From NCBI GenBank assembly GCA_965228895.1, contig OZ245842.1, forward strand, positions 4,736,001 through 4,800,000: 64,000 nt of DNA, in the 5' to 3' direction. The first letter of the stretch is position 1, and every line of letters starts with the position of its first letter. Source of the DNA: Alphaproteobacteria bacterium. GTDB taxonomy: Bacteria; Pseudomonadota; Alphaproteobacteria; SP197. Both the position numbers and the translations under genes were made by a program. Of this stretch, positions 54,343 to 63,878 are shown one piece after another. The notes below the pieces were generated by a model. That model was not told the DNA's origin, searched no databases, and saw nothing but the letters and a program-made list of their open reading frames with translations.

Positions 54343-55011
54343 TCAGAAGCCGGACAGGCGTGCGCGCAAGGGGTTCGAACCGGCATTGTCGACGACGCGG
54401 TTGATCATGATGTCGCGCAGCGAGACAGAACGGCCGTAGTATTCGGCGTTGCGCGTGTTGTCCGGTTCGATCACCGCACCCTCCAACGAGGCCCCAACAA
54501 AAAGGCCCTGCGCCTTGGTGTAGGAATAAACGTCGGCTCCGATATCGGTCGTCGTCTGCGCCGCGACACCCGCGCCAATCGGGCCGGCCGCCACGGAGGC
54601 TTCACCGCCAAGCGTGACCTTGTTGGAGAGGATCGCGTCCAGGCCGCCTTCGGTCATGACCATCAGCACGACCTTCGAGACCTGGGCGCCAATCTGGAGG
54701 CCGACGCTGCCCGCGCCGATCTGGAGGAATCCGACCGGGCTCCAGCTGCCGTCCTCGCCGCGCACCAGCATCACGGCGTTGCCGAACTGGCCGCCGATGA
54801 TGAAACCGGCCTTGAACATGTCCGGCACGATGACGATCGCCTTGGCGCGGTCGACAAGCGTGTTGAGGTTCTTGAAGTTGGGATCGGCGCTCATGTTGTT
54901 GAAGGTGACGAGCGCAGAATCGACGATGTTCTGTGGCGATTCCGCGGCTTGCGGCGATGTCGCCGGGATCGCAAGAGCAAGCACAAAGATGGCTGCGATC
55001 AGATGTTTCAT
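54343..55011 (-). CDS. SYLF/Ysc84 lipid-binding domain exported protein (paralogue 2)
   Basis: Signal peptide MKHLIAA...; KAGFIIGG, GSVGLQIGA, ASVAAGPIG, GLFVG..EGA, NAEYYG. Confidence 0.85.
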   Translation of the reverse strand: MKHLIAAIFVLALAIPATSPQAAESPQNIVDSALVTFNNMSADPNFKNLNTLVDRAKAIVIVPDMFKAGFIIGGQFGNAVMLVRGEDGSWSPVGFLQIGAGSVGLQIGAQVSKVVLMVMTEGGLDAILSNKVTLGGEASVAAGPIGAGVAAQTTTDIGADVYSYTKAQGLFVGASLEGAVIEPDNTRNAEYYGRSVSLRDIMINRVVDNAGSNPLRARLSGF

Positions 55012-55090
55012 GGCTGCGGTTTCCTTTCCAGGTATTCCTGAACGGGTGGAAGGATGGTGGTGCGCCTCTTTTTTGATTTCGTTTCTTTGA

Positions 55091-55717
55091 TCAGAACTCG
55101 ACCCCAGGCTGACCGCGCACGCCTTCGCGGAAGGGGTGTTTGACAAGCGTCATTTCGGTCACCAGGTCGGCCATCTCAATGAGCTCGGGTTTGGCGTTGC
55201 GCCCGGTGATGACGACATGCAGATCGGGCCGCTTTGTGGCAAGCGTATCCAGCACCTCGTCCAGGTCGACGTATTCATAGCGCAGCGCCACATTCAGCTC
55301 ATCCAGGATCACCATGCGGATCTCCGGATCGGCCATCATGTCCTTCGAGGCCTGCCAGGCGGCTGTCGCGGCGGCGATATCGCGCTCGCGGTCCTGGGTT
55401 TCCCAGGTGAAACCCTCGCCCATGATCTTGTGGGTCACGAGGTCGGGAAACTTGGCGAACAGCTTGTGTTCGCCGGTTTCGCGCCGGCCCTTGATGTACT
55501 GGACAACGCCAATCTTGTAACCGTGACCCAGGCAGCGCAGCGCCATGCCCCAGGCCGAGGACGATTTGCCCTTGCCCTTGCCGGTATGGACGATGATCAG
55601 GCCGCGCTCTTCGGTCTTCGACGCCATCATCTTGTCGCGCGCGGCCTTGCGCTTTTTCATCTTCTCGCGATGACGCTCGTTGACCTCTTCGGTTTCGACG
55701 ACGGTGTCTTCGCTCAT
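55091..55717 (-). CDS. cobO: Cob(I)yrinic acid a,c-diamide adenosyltransferase
   Basis: HTGKGKGKS, GEGFTWET, ILDELN, ITGR, ADLVTEM, KHPF. Confidence 0.95.
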   Translation of the reverse strand: MSEDTVVETEEVNERHREKMKKRKAARDKMMASKTEERGLIIVHTGKGKGKSSSAWGMALRCLGHGYKIGVVQYIKGRRETGEHKLFAKFPDLVTHKIMGEGFTWETQDRERDIAAATAAWQASKDMMADPEIRMVILDELNVALRYEYVDLDEVLDTLATKRPDLHVVITGRNAKPELIEMADLVTEMTLVKHPFREGVRGQPGVEF

Positions 55718-58700
55718 GCGACATCCTCCTCGGCGGTGCCCGCCAGCGTGTTCAGCAGCGGCATGGTGGAATTGCGGCGCGGACGCCACAGGCCGCGCGC
55801 TTCGGCCTCGGCCAGACGGCGTGCGATATCGCCCAGCGCGGCCGGATTGGCCCGCTCGAGGAAACTTCGGACATCAGGGTCCAGAAGATAGGCCTCGAAA
55901 ACGGCATCAAAGTGGTGATGGGCGACGCAGCGCGCCGAGGCGGCGAAGCCAAACAGATAGTCGACCGTCGCCGCCATCTCGAACGCGCCCTTGTAGCCAT
56001 GGCGCATGACACCGGCGATCCACTTCGGATTGACCACACGGGCGCGCACGACGCGGGCGATCTCTTCTTCCAGCCGTCGGATCGCGGGGTTTTCCGGCCG
56101 GCTGGTGTCGTTGTGATAAACGACGGGCTGGCGGCCGGAAAGTTCGCGCACGGCCGCGGTGATGCCGCCCTCGAACTGATAGTAGTCGTCGCTGTCGAGC
56201 AGATCGTGCTCGCGGTTGTCCTGGTTGTGCAGCACCGCCTCGACCTGCTTCAGCCGGTCGCGGAACAGGTTGTGCTGGGCCTCGCCCTCGGCCCCGTCGC
56301 CATAGGCATAACCACTCCAGGCGAGATAGGCGTCGGCCAAATCGCCTTCGTTCTCCCAGATGCCTTCGTCGATCAGCGCCTGCAGACCGGCGCCATAGGC
56401 GCCGGGTTTGGAGCCGAACACACGGTGGCCTGCCATCTGGCGGGCTCGATCCGGGTCGACGCCGTCTCGTGTCAGGCGCGCTGCCTCTTCGGCGGTTCGC
56501 ACCGCCAGCGGGTTGACGTCGGCCGGTTCGTCGAGTGCCGCGACGGCGCGAGCCGCGCTGTCGACAAGATCGATCAGGTTGGGAAAGGCATCGCGGAAAA
56601 AACCGGAGACGCGCAGCGTGACATCGACGCGCGGCCGGCCCAGCACGCCCGCGGGCATGATCTCGAACCCGGTAACCCGCCCGCTACGGGGTTCCCACTG
56701 CGGCTGCACGCCCATCAGCGCGAGCGCCTGGGCGATATCGTCACCGCCGGTGCGCATGTTGGCGGTACCCCAGCAGCTCAACGCGACCGCACGCGGCCAT
56801 TCGCCGTGATCCTGGACGTGGCGCTCCAAGAGCAACGTCGCCGACTTCCAACCCAGAGTCCAAGCCGCCGGCGTCGGCACCGCGCGGGTATCGACCGAAT
56901 AAAAGTTGCGGCCCGTGGGCAGGACATCGGGACGGCCGCGCGACGGCGCGCCGGACGGCCCCGGCGCGACGAAACGGCCGTCGAGGCCGGTCAGGAGCCC
57001 GGCCATTTCGGCGGCCCCCGATCCCGCGACCGCAGGTGCCAAGCGGGTCTCTATTTCGTCGAGAACCGCGCGGGTTGCCGGCCAATCGGCGGGGCAACCC
57101 TTGGGCTCTCTGACGAGCTTGAGCGCCAAGAGCTCGATGCGTTCGACCGTGTCACCGGCGGTGCGCCACGGGTCATCGGTCTGGTCGGCCAAGATGCCGG
57201 GACGCTCGCCGGTCCAAGGTGCCCCCATGTCGGCATTCAGCGGATCGAGGCCGAGATCGAGATCGGCAGCGATAGCACGCGTCAGGGACGCATCGCCGCC
57301 TTCGCCGGTGCCGCGCGGCACGCGCGCGAGCGCGACCAGCAGGGCATCGCAAAGGTCGCCGACCGGCGCGCTGCCGAAGACATGCAGGCCGTCACGGATC
57401 TGCATTTCCTTGAGTTCGCAGAGATAGCCATCGAGCTTCTGGAGTTTGTCGGCTTCGGTGTCGCCGGAACCGATGCCGCAATCGGCGTCCAAGCCGGTCG
57501 TCGCGCACAGTTCCAGGATATCGCGGGCCAATACCGGCAGGCGGCGCGGATCGGTCTGGCTGGCCTCGAAGTACTCGTCGACCAGAGCCTCCAACTCGCG
57601 CAAGGGGCCATAAGACTCCGCACGCGCCAAAGGCGGTGTCAGGTGATCGACGATGACGGCGGCGGTGCGCCGTTTCGCCTGGGTGCCCTCGCCGGGGTCG
57701 TTGACGATGAACGGATAAAGGTGCGGCAGGGGCGCGAAGACGGCTTCGGGAAAGCAGGTTTCCGACAGCGCCAGCGCCTTGCCCGGCAGCCATTCGAGGT
57801 TGCCGTGTTTGCCCAAGTGGACGACGGCGTGCGCGCCAAACGAGCCGGCGATCCAGGCGTAGAACGCAAGATAGCCGTGCGGCGGGACGAGGTCCGGATC
57901 GTGATAGGTCGCCTTGGGATCGATGTTGTAACCGCGCGCCGGCTGCACCCCGACGGCGATGCTGCCGAACGTCAAAACGCTCAGATGAAAGCCGCCCTCC
58001 GCGACGAACGGATCGCGCTCAGGCTCGCCCCAGCGTTCGGTAATTTGATTGCGGACTTCCTGGGGCAGGCTGTCGAAGACATTGCGATAGGCACCGAGCG
58101 ATAGCACGACGTCCGATCGTTTCCAGGCTCGCGCCGTCAGATCGTTGGTCGGCCCGGCAAGCAGCTGTTCGATGAGATCGGCGCCGTCTTCGGGCGCATC
58201 GGTCACGTCGTAACCGGCGGCATGAAGGCTCGTCAGCACGGCGGCCGCGCTGGCCGGCGTATCGAGGCCGACACCGTTGCCGATGCGCGCATCCCGGTTG
58301 GGATAGTTGGCGAGCACCAGGGCGACCTTGCGTTCACCCGTGGGCGCCGCACGCAGCCGCGCCCAGCTTGCCGCCAGACGCGCGACCCAGCGCGCGCGAT
58401 CGGGGAGCGGTTGGTAGGCGACGATGTTGGTCTGGGTTCGCTCGTCAAAACGGGCGGCTTCCTTGAACGAGACCGCACGGGTCATCAAGCGGCCGTCGAC
58501 CTCGGGCAGTGCCACGTTCATGGCGATGTCGCGCGGCGCCAGGCCGCGCATGCCGTCGCGCCACGCAGCCTCCGTGCCACCGGAGAAGACGACCTGCAGC
58601 ACCGGACAATCCGCGCCATCGAACGGCGTCGGCGTGCGCGCCGCGCCGGGACTGGAGAGCGCGAAACCGGTGCCGTTAAGAATGACCGAGGGCGCGGCCT

Positions 58701-59466
58701 CCGCAAGAAAACCGGCGACGGCCTCGGCGGCCAACGGCTCCTTCAAACTCTGACTGAAGATCGGCAAGGCGTTCAGACCCTGCGCGTCCAATGCCGTGAT
58801 CAGCGTGTCGATGGCCGCGAGGTTCGCAGCCTGAACCAGCGCCCGATAGAACACGATCGCAGCGACCGGCCGGTCGGCACGCCAATGGGACTTTAGCGCA
58901 TCGACCGAACCCGGCGTTTCACCCGGCCAGTAAAGACCGAAGCGCGGCAGCGGCTCCGGCTCGACCCACGCGGTCTCGAAGCCCGCGAGTGTCGACGCAT
59001 AGTCGAGAAACGCACCGGCATTGGCGAGGCCGCCGTGGATCAGATAGGCCCACAGGCGGTCATAGGTCCCGCCTTCCAGCGTCGAGAGCTCACGCAGTTC
59101 CGGATCATCCTTGTCGTCGCCGGGCAGAAGCGCCAGTGCGATACCCTGGCGGCGGCACAAGGCGCTCACCTGCTCGGCGCCATAGGACCAATAGGCGGCA
59201 CCGCCCAAGAGCCTGACCACCACCAGCTTGGCCTCGGCGATTACCGTCTCGACATAGGTATCGACGGAAAGGTGATGGGCAAGCTGCATGGGATTGGCGA
59301 GCCGCAGGCTCGGTCCGCCGTCGCCGCGCGCGCCACGCGCATTGGCGAGACAGGCGAGTTCCGTGTCGGCGGCAGACAGCACGACGATATCGCCCGGCGT
59401 TTGGCCGAGATCGATCGCCTCCGACCCATCGGAGATCGTGCCGGGCTGTGCCGCCAGCAGATGCAT
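55714..59466 (-). CDS. cobN: Cobaltochelatase subunit CobN
   Basis: MHLLA, LSAADTEL, PEVDGR, GNGVGLD, HLGKHGNLEWLPGK, LPTGRNFY, HNQDNREHD, RHGYKGA. Confidence 0.96.
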   Translation of the reverse strand: MHLLAAQPGTISDGSEAIDLGQTPGDIVVLSAADTELACLANARGARGDGGPSLRLANPMQLAHHLSVDTYVETVIAEAKLVVVRLLGGAAYWSYGAEQVSALCRRQGIALALLPGDDKDDPELRELSTLEGGTYDRLWAYLIHGGLANAGAFLDYASTLAGFETAWVEPEPLPRFGLYWPGETPGSVDALKSHWRADRPVAAIVFYRALVQAANLAAIDTLITALDAQGLNALPIFSQSLKEPLAAEAVAGFLAEAAPSVILNGTGFALSSPGAARTPTPFDGADCPVLQVVFSGGTEAAWRDGMRGLAPRDIAMNVALPEVDGRLMTRAVSFKEAARFDERTQTNIVAYQPLPDRARWVARLAASWARLRAAPTGERKVALVLANYPNRDARIGNGVGLDTPASAAAVLTSLHAAGYDVTDAPEDGADLIEQLLAGPTNDLTARAWKRSDVVLSLGAYRNVFDSLPQEVRNQITERWGEPERDPFVAEGGFHLSVLTFGSIAVGVQPARGYNIDPKATYHDPDLVPPHGYLAFYAWIAGSFGAHAVVHLGKHGNLEWLPGKALALSETCFPEAVFAPLPHLYPFIVNDPGEGTQAKRRTAAVIVDHLTPPLARAESYGPLRELEALVDEYFEASQTDPRRLPVLARDILELCATTGLDADCGIGSGDTEADKLQKLDGYLCELKEMQIRDGLHVFGSAPVGDLCDALLVALARVPRGTGEGGDASLTRAIAADLDLGLDPLNADMGAPWTGERPGILADQTDDPWRTAGDTVERIELLALKLVREPKGCPADWPATRAVLDEIETRLAPAVAGSGAAEMAGLLTGLDGRFVAPGPSGAPSRGRPDVLPTGRNFYSVDTRAVPTPAAWTLGWKSATLLLERHVQDHGEWPRAVALSCWGTANMRTGGDDIAQALALMGVQPQWEPRSGRVTGFEIMPAGVLGRPRVDVTLRVSGFFRDAFPNLIDLVDSAARAVAALDEPADVNPLAVRTAEEAARLTRDGVDPDRARQMAGHRVFGSKPGAYGAGLQALIDEGIWENEGDLADAYLAWSGYAYGDGAEGEAQHNLFRDRLKQVEAVLHNQDNREHDLLDSDDYYQFEGGITAAVRELSGRQPVVYHNDTSRPENPAIRRLEEEIARVVRARVVNPKWIAGVMRHGYKGAFEMAATVDYLFGFAASARCVAHHHFDAVFEAYLLDPDVRSFLERANPAALGDIARRLAEAEARGLWRPRRNSTMPLLNTLAGTAEEDVA

Positions 59467-60509
59467 CAGGCAGCGCCTGCCACGGCGGCGGCGATGGCGT
59501 CGCGGTCGAGACCCTTCAGGCCGATCACGACCAGTTCGCTGCGCCGCACCTCATCGGCACCCCAGGGCCGGTCGTAATGGCGCGCGAAACGGCCGCCGAC
59601 GCCCTGGACCACATGGCGCATGGCCTTGCCGGGAATATCGAGAAAACCTTTGATGCGCAGCACGTCGTGATCGGCGACGGTCTTCTGCAATATGGCTTCC
59701 AGCGCCTCGGGATCGGTGATCGGGCCCAAGGTCAGCGTGAACGTATCGAAATCGTCGTGGTCGTGATCATCGTCCAGGTCATCGTGGTGCGAGTGACGGC
59801 TGTCCAGATCGTCCTCGGCGGCTGAAGCCAGGCCGAGCACGGCGACGGGATCGACGGCGCCCGAACGCGCCTTCACCAGTTTGACGGCATCGCGCCGGTG
59901 CGGACCGACCGCAGCGTGTACGGCGTCAAGCCCATCGTCGTCCAACAAATCGGTCTTGTTGATGATGATCATGTCGGCGCAGGCGACCTGTTCCTCGAAC
60001 ACCTCTTCCAGAGGGTTTTCGTGATCCAGGTTGTCGTCGGCTTCGCGCTGGGCCTGCACGGCGTCGGGATCGTCGGCAAAACGGCCGTCGGCAACGGCGC
60101 GCCCGTCAATCACCGCGACAACGCCGTCGACCGTCACCCGGCTTCTGACCTCCGGCCAGGTGAACGCCTTGACCAGGGGTTTCGGCAGGGCGAGCCCCGA
60201 CGTTTCGATGACGATGTGTTCCGGCGGATCGTCGCGGTCGATCAGCGTCTGGATGGTCGGCAGGAAATCGTCGGCGACCGTGCAGCAGATGCAGCCATTG
60301 GTCAGCTCGACGATATCCTCGTCCTCACAGCCTTCGACGCCACAGCCTTTGATCAGCTCGCGGTCGACGCCGAGATCACCGAACTCGTTGATGATAAAGG
60401 CAAAGCGGCGGCCGCCTGACTGCTCGATAAGGTGGCGGATCAAGGTCGTCTTGCCGGCGCCCAGGAAACCGGTGACGACGGTGGCAGGAATTTTTGTGGG
60501 AAGGCTCAT
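59466..60509 (-). CDS. cobW: Cobalamin biosynthesis GTPase metallochaperone CobW
   Basis: GFLGAGKTT, NEFG, GCICC, ETSGLALPKPL, NKTD, His/Asp-rich stretch. Confidence 0.94.
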   Translation of the reverse strand: MSLPTKIPATVVTGFLGAGKTTLIRHLIEQSGGRRFAFIINEFGDLGVDRELIKGCGVEGCEDEDIVELTNGCICCTVADDFLPTIQTLIDRDDPPEHIVIETSGLALPKPLVKAFTWPEVRSRVTVDGVVAVIDGRAVADGRFADDPDAVQAQREADDNLDHENPLEEVFEEQVACADMIIINKTDLLDDDGLDAVHAAVGPHRRDAVKLVKARSGAVDPVAVLGLASAAEDDLDSRHSHHDDLDDDHDHDDFDTFTLTLGPITDPEALEAILQKTVADHDVLRIKGFLDIPGKAMRHVVQGVGGRFARHYDRPWGADEVRRSELVVIGLKGLDRDAIAAAVAGAA

Positions 60510-60533
60510 GGAGGCAACAAACTCCGTTTGGGA

Positions 60534-61433
60534 TCAAAGCGCACGCCAACCACGGCCTTCATGACCGAAGCCGGCGACGGCGGGATGCAGGATTTCGGCC
60601 ATGATCTCGATCGAGTCGACGAGACCCGGGCCGGGGCGCGTGAAATAGCGGTTGGCGTCGACGGCGACCGCCGGCATGGCAAGCCCCGCCCAAACCGGTT
60701 CGCTCAACGCCTTGCGGGCCTCCGACGACGCCCGGTCCAGATCGAAACCGCAGGGCATGAAGACGGCGACCTCCGCATCGACCGCGGCGATTTCGTCGGT
60801 GCTCAGCAGCCGTGCCTTGTCGCCCGGTTCGGCCAGGATCGGTTCGCCGCTGGCAGCTTCCACGACATCACCGATCCAATGGCCCGAGGCCATCGGTGGA
60901 TCGCACCATTCGACCGCCAGGACGCGTTTGGACGGCTGGCCGAACAGGACGCCGCGAATGGCGCCGATGCGTGCTTCCAGTTCGTCGACAATCAGCGCGT
61001 CGCCGCCCAGCGTCGCCGCGACACGCCGCATATCGGCGAAGACATCGCCGAGCCGGGCGGGCGACAGTGAGATGATCTCGGGTCTCAGTCCGGCCATCTC
61101 GCCGACAACACGTTCGACCGCGGCAAGATCGATGGCGCAGGCCGCACAGCGGTCCTGGGTCACGATGTGGGTCGGGTGCAGCGCGGCGAGCGCCTCAAGG
61201 TCGAGGTCGTAAAGCGTCAACGCTTGGCGCGCTCGTTCGCGCACGGTGTTGTCGATCTCAGCGCTGGGTTTGGAGGAATCGATGCTGCTCGACGTCAGAA
61301 CCGTGCGATCACGGATCGTTTCGGGCCAATCGCATTCGTGGCTGATGCCGACGATCCGATCGGCCAGGCCGAGCGCAGCGACGATCTCGGTCGCCGCCGG
61401 CAACAGGCAGACGATGCGAAGCGCATCGGTCAT
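60534..61433 (-). CDS. BtuF/TroA-like binding protein without signal peptide
   Basis: RIVCLLPAATEIV..LG, VGISHECDWP, TQDRCAAC, EWCDP, GHW, PCGF, RPGP. Confidence 0.75.
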   Translation of the reverse strand: MTDALRIVCLLPAATEIVAALGLADRIVGISHECDWPETIRDRTVLTSSSIDSSKPSAEIDNTVRERARQALTLYDLDLEALAALHPTHIVTQDRCAACAIDLAAVERVVGEMAGLRPEIISLSPARLGDVFADMRRVAATLGGDALIVDELEARIGAIRGVLFGQPSKRVLAVEWCDPPMASGHWIGDVVEAASGEPILAEPGDKARLLSTDEIAAVDAEVAVFMPCGFDLDRASSEARKALSEPVWAGLAMPAVAVDANRYFTRPGPGLVDSIEIMAEILHPAVAGFGHEGRGWRAL

Positions 61434-61999
61434 GGACGACCCTCGCCCTTGAGCACCTGGGCCAGCCCGGCGGTGACGAAGACAACCTTGCCGGCCAGCG
61501 CCGCGACCTGTTGGTGCAGCCGGCCGGCGTGGTCGCGGAACTCCCGCGCAACCTTGTTGGCCGGCACGATGCCCTGGCCGACCTCGTTCGAGACGATGGT
61601 GACATGGCCACCGACCGTGCCGAGCACCCGGCACACGGCCTCGGCCTCCTTGATGACATCGCGTTCGGCCGCCATCAGATTGGCGAGCCACAAGGTCAGA
61701 CAGTCGACCAGAACGGCGCGGCCTTCGCCGGCGTTCTTGGAGAGCGCGCGCGCCAGGTCGAGCGGTTCCTCGACCGTCGTCCAGTGCTCGTCGCGCTGGG
61801 CCCGGTGCTGGGCGATGCGCCGCTGCATCTCCTGATCATGGGCTTCCGCCGTCGCCAGGTAGACCGGCGCCAGGCGCGACTCCAGGACGTGGTTCTCCGC
61901 CCACAGGCTCTTGCCCGAGCGCGCGCCGCCAAGGACAAAGGTCACGGCGGCGTTGCCGGCCGCATCGGGTCGGGGAATATCGGGACGAGGTACACTCAC
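61430..61999 (-). CDS. cobU: Adenosylcobinamide kinase / cobinamide-phosphate guanylyltransferase (CobP/CobU)
   Basis: GGARSGKS, YLATA, RIAQH, VDCLTLW, SNEVGQG, FRD. Confidence 0.94.
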   Translation of the reverse strand: MSVPRPDIPRPDAAGNAAVTFVLGGARSGKSLWAENHVLESRLAPVYLATAEAHDQEMQRRIAQHRAQRDEHWTTVEEPLDLARALSKNAGEGRAVLVDCLTLWLANLMAAERDVIKEAEAVCRVLGTVGGHVTIVSNEVGQGIVPANKVAREFRDHAGRLHQQVAALAGKVVFVTAGLAQVLKGEGRP

Positions 62000-62047
62000 C
62001 GGGTCGCTTGCCTCCCTCCGAGGTCGTGACTGGCCCTAGCTGCCGCG

Positions 62048-62220
62048 CGAGGAGGTCTCCTGGCTCCGGGTCACCGGCTGGAAGGCCCCTTCCCGGTTCT
62101 TGAAGGAACCAGTGGGATCAAGCCTTCGGCCTCGCCGTTACAGTTGCGGGGGCAGCGCCGGTCTGGCGGACGATCCGCGTCACCGGCTTCCCTCTTCTCA
62201 CGTGCATCGACGAACCTAGC
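62048..62220 (-). ncRNA. Cobalamin riboswitch
   Basis: Minus strand AGGGAAGCCGGTG...CCGGCGCTGCCCCCGCAACTGTAA...CCACTG...GGGAAGG...GAGCCAGGAGACCT upstream of cobU. Confidence 0.92.
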
Positions 62221-62238
62221 AGACGAAGGGGGCGAGCG

Positions 62239-62880
62239 CTACGCCAGTTGTCCGCCGCCACCGTCGTTTGTTGGTGGCCGGTTCATCCAGGTAACACGCC
62301 ATACCGGCGAATGCCCACCCGACGCCGCGTGATGGTCGAGCCGGGTCAGCGACAGGTTCTCGGTTGCGAACTTCAGCGCGTCTTCCGGTTCGAGATCGAG
62401 GGCGACGCCGAGCGCGGCGCGGATGCTGCCGCCATGCGCCACGGCGATGATATCGCGTCCTGCATTCTCGTCATTCAGCCGATGGATTACGTGACCGACG
62501 CGGATCGTGAGGTCTACGAAACTCTCGCCCTCGGGTGGGCGATGGGTTGCCGGCGCCAGCCAGAAGCGGTGACTGTCGGCAAAGGCGTTGACCTCGTCAT
62601 AGGTCAGGCCCTGCCAGGCGCCGAAGCTTTGCTCGCCGAGATCCGGTTCCTCAAGCGGCATGATCCGGCGCCCCCCGGCCTCGGCAATCGCGGCGGCCGT
62701 CTGTTTGGTGCGCTTCAGATGACTGGTCACCCAGATGGCATCATCGGGCAGGATCGCGGCCAGCGCGCGATAGGCCTCCGGGTTCTCGATCGTGGCATTG
62801 GGGTCGGAAGCGCCATAGATCCGACCGTTGGTCTCGGTGACCGGCGCGTGGCGGATCCACCACCAGCGGGTGACCGTCAT
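62239..62880 (-). CDS. Histidine phosphatase family protein (probable alpha-ribazole-phosphate phosphatase)
   Basis: IRHA, SHLKRTKQTA, EQSFGAWQG, PPEGES, VAHGG; overlaps cobS. Confidence 0.8.
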   Translation of the reverse strand: MTVTRWWWIRHAPVTETNGRIYGASDPNATIENPEAYRALAAILPDDAIWVTSHLKRTKQTAAAIAEAGGRRIMPLEEPDLGEQSFGAWQGLTYDEVNAFADSHRFWLAPATHRPPEGESFVDLTIRVGHVIHRLNDENAGRDIIAVAHGGSIRAALGVALDLEPEDALKFATENLSLTRLDHHAASGGHSPVWRVTWMNRPPTNDGGGGQLA

Positions 62881-63668
62881 GTCGCCATCACGACGGCGAT
62901 CAGGACGGCGAGCTCGGTCGCCTGCTGCATGGCGCCCAGGACGTCGCCGGTCTGACCGCCGATCTGCCGGCCGGCGACAAAGATGACGACCGCCGCCGCC
63001 GCGGCGGCCAGAACCAGCGCCAGCACCCAGGTCCATGGCAACAGAAGGACGAGCGTCAAGAGCGCGGCGATGCCAAGCGCCATGATGGTAGCGTCGAAAC
63101 CGGGTATGCCGGCGCTGGCGCCCAGGCCGTCGGTGCGCGCCCGCGGCATCATGCGCATGGCGACCACGATCACGGCGCGCGACACCGCGCCCGCCGCAAT
63201 CAACGTCGCCAGCACTTCATAGGGATTGCCGATGCCAGCCAGCGCGCCGATCCGAGCGGCGATGACCAGCACCAGAGCAATCACGCCGTAACTGCCGATG
63301 CGGCTGTCGCGCATGATGGCGAGCTTCGACTCGCGGTCGCCGCCGCCGCCGAACCCGTCGGCAACATCGGCCAAGCCGTCCTCGTGCAACGCGCCGGTGA
63401 TCAGGATCGCCGTGCCGACCGCCAGGCAGGCGGCGAGCCACGGTCCGGTGCCGAGCCCATGCGCGATGACATAGACGACGCCAGCCGCCAGGCCGATCAC
63501 GGCGCCGACAATCGGGAACGACGCGGCCGCTTGCGCCAACGGTGCGGTCACGCTGCGACCACCCACAGGCAGGCGGGTCAGGAAACCAAAGGCAAGACGC
63601 AGGCGGTCGATCCAGTCGAGATCCGGATCGTCTTGCCCGCTATCATGGCCGGGGTCATCGTGGGACAT
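62877..63668 (-). CDS. cobS: Adenosylcobinamide-GDP ribazoletransferase (cobalamin synthase)
   Basis: FLTRLP, FPIVG, GALHEDGLADVADG, IMRDSRIGSYG, GGQTGDVLGA. Confidence 0.95.
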   Translation of the reverse strand: MSHDDPGHDSGQDDPDLDWIDRLRLAFGFLTRLPVGGRSVTAPLAQAAASFPIVGAVIGLAAGVVYVIAHGLGTGPWLAACLAVGTAILITGALHEDGLADVADGFGGGGDRESKLAIMRDSRIGSYGVIALVLVIAARIGALAGIGNPYEVLATLIAAGAVSRAVIVVAMRMMPRARTDGLGASAGIPGFDATIMALGIAALLTLVLLLPWTWVLALVLAAAAAAVVIFVAGRQIGGQTGDVLGAMQQATELAVLIAVVMAT

Positions 63669-63742
63669 GAGCGATCAGGGGTTGCGTTGTCGCGCCGACC
63701 TGTGCTTATCCCGCGCCCTCCTCCACCCGTCAAGGCAAGGCC

Positions 63743-63878
63743 TGGAGCAGATCCCACTTTGATTGAATCGCTTGGCGTTTCAATCAAAGTGGGTGAATCT
63801 GCTCCACTCATGTAAGTGAGCGGATTCACGTGATTTGGTGAAACCGTTCAACGGTTTCACCAAATCACGACCCGCTCA
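63743..63878. repeat. Twin-hairpin palindromic element (RIME/MITE-like)
   Basis: Hairpin 1 63743-63806 (tggagcagat-cccactttgattgaa...ttcaatcaaagtggg-tga-atctgctcca); hairpin 2 63817-63878 (tgagcggattcacgtgatttggtgaaaccg...cggtttcaccaaatcacgacccgctca). Confidence 0.85.
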
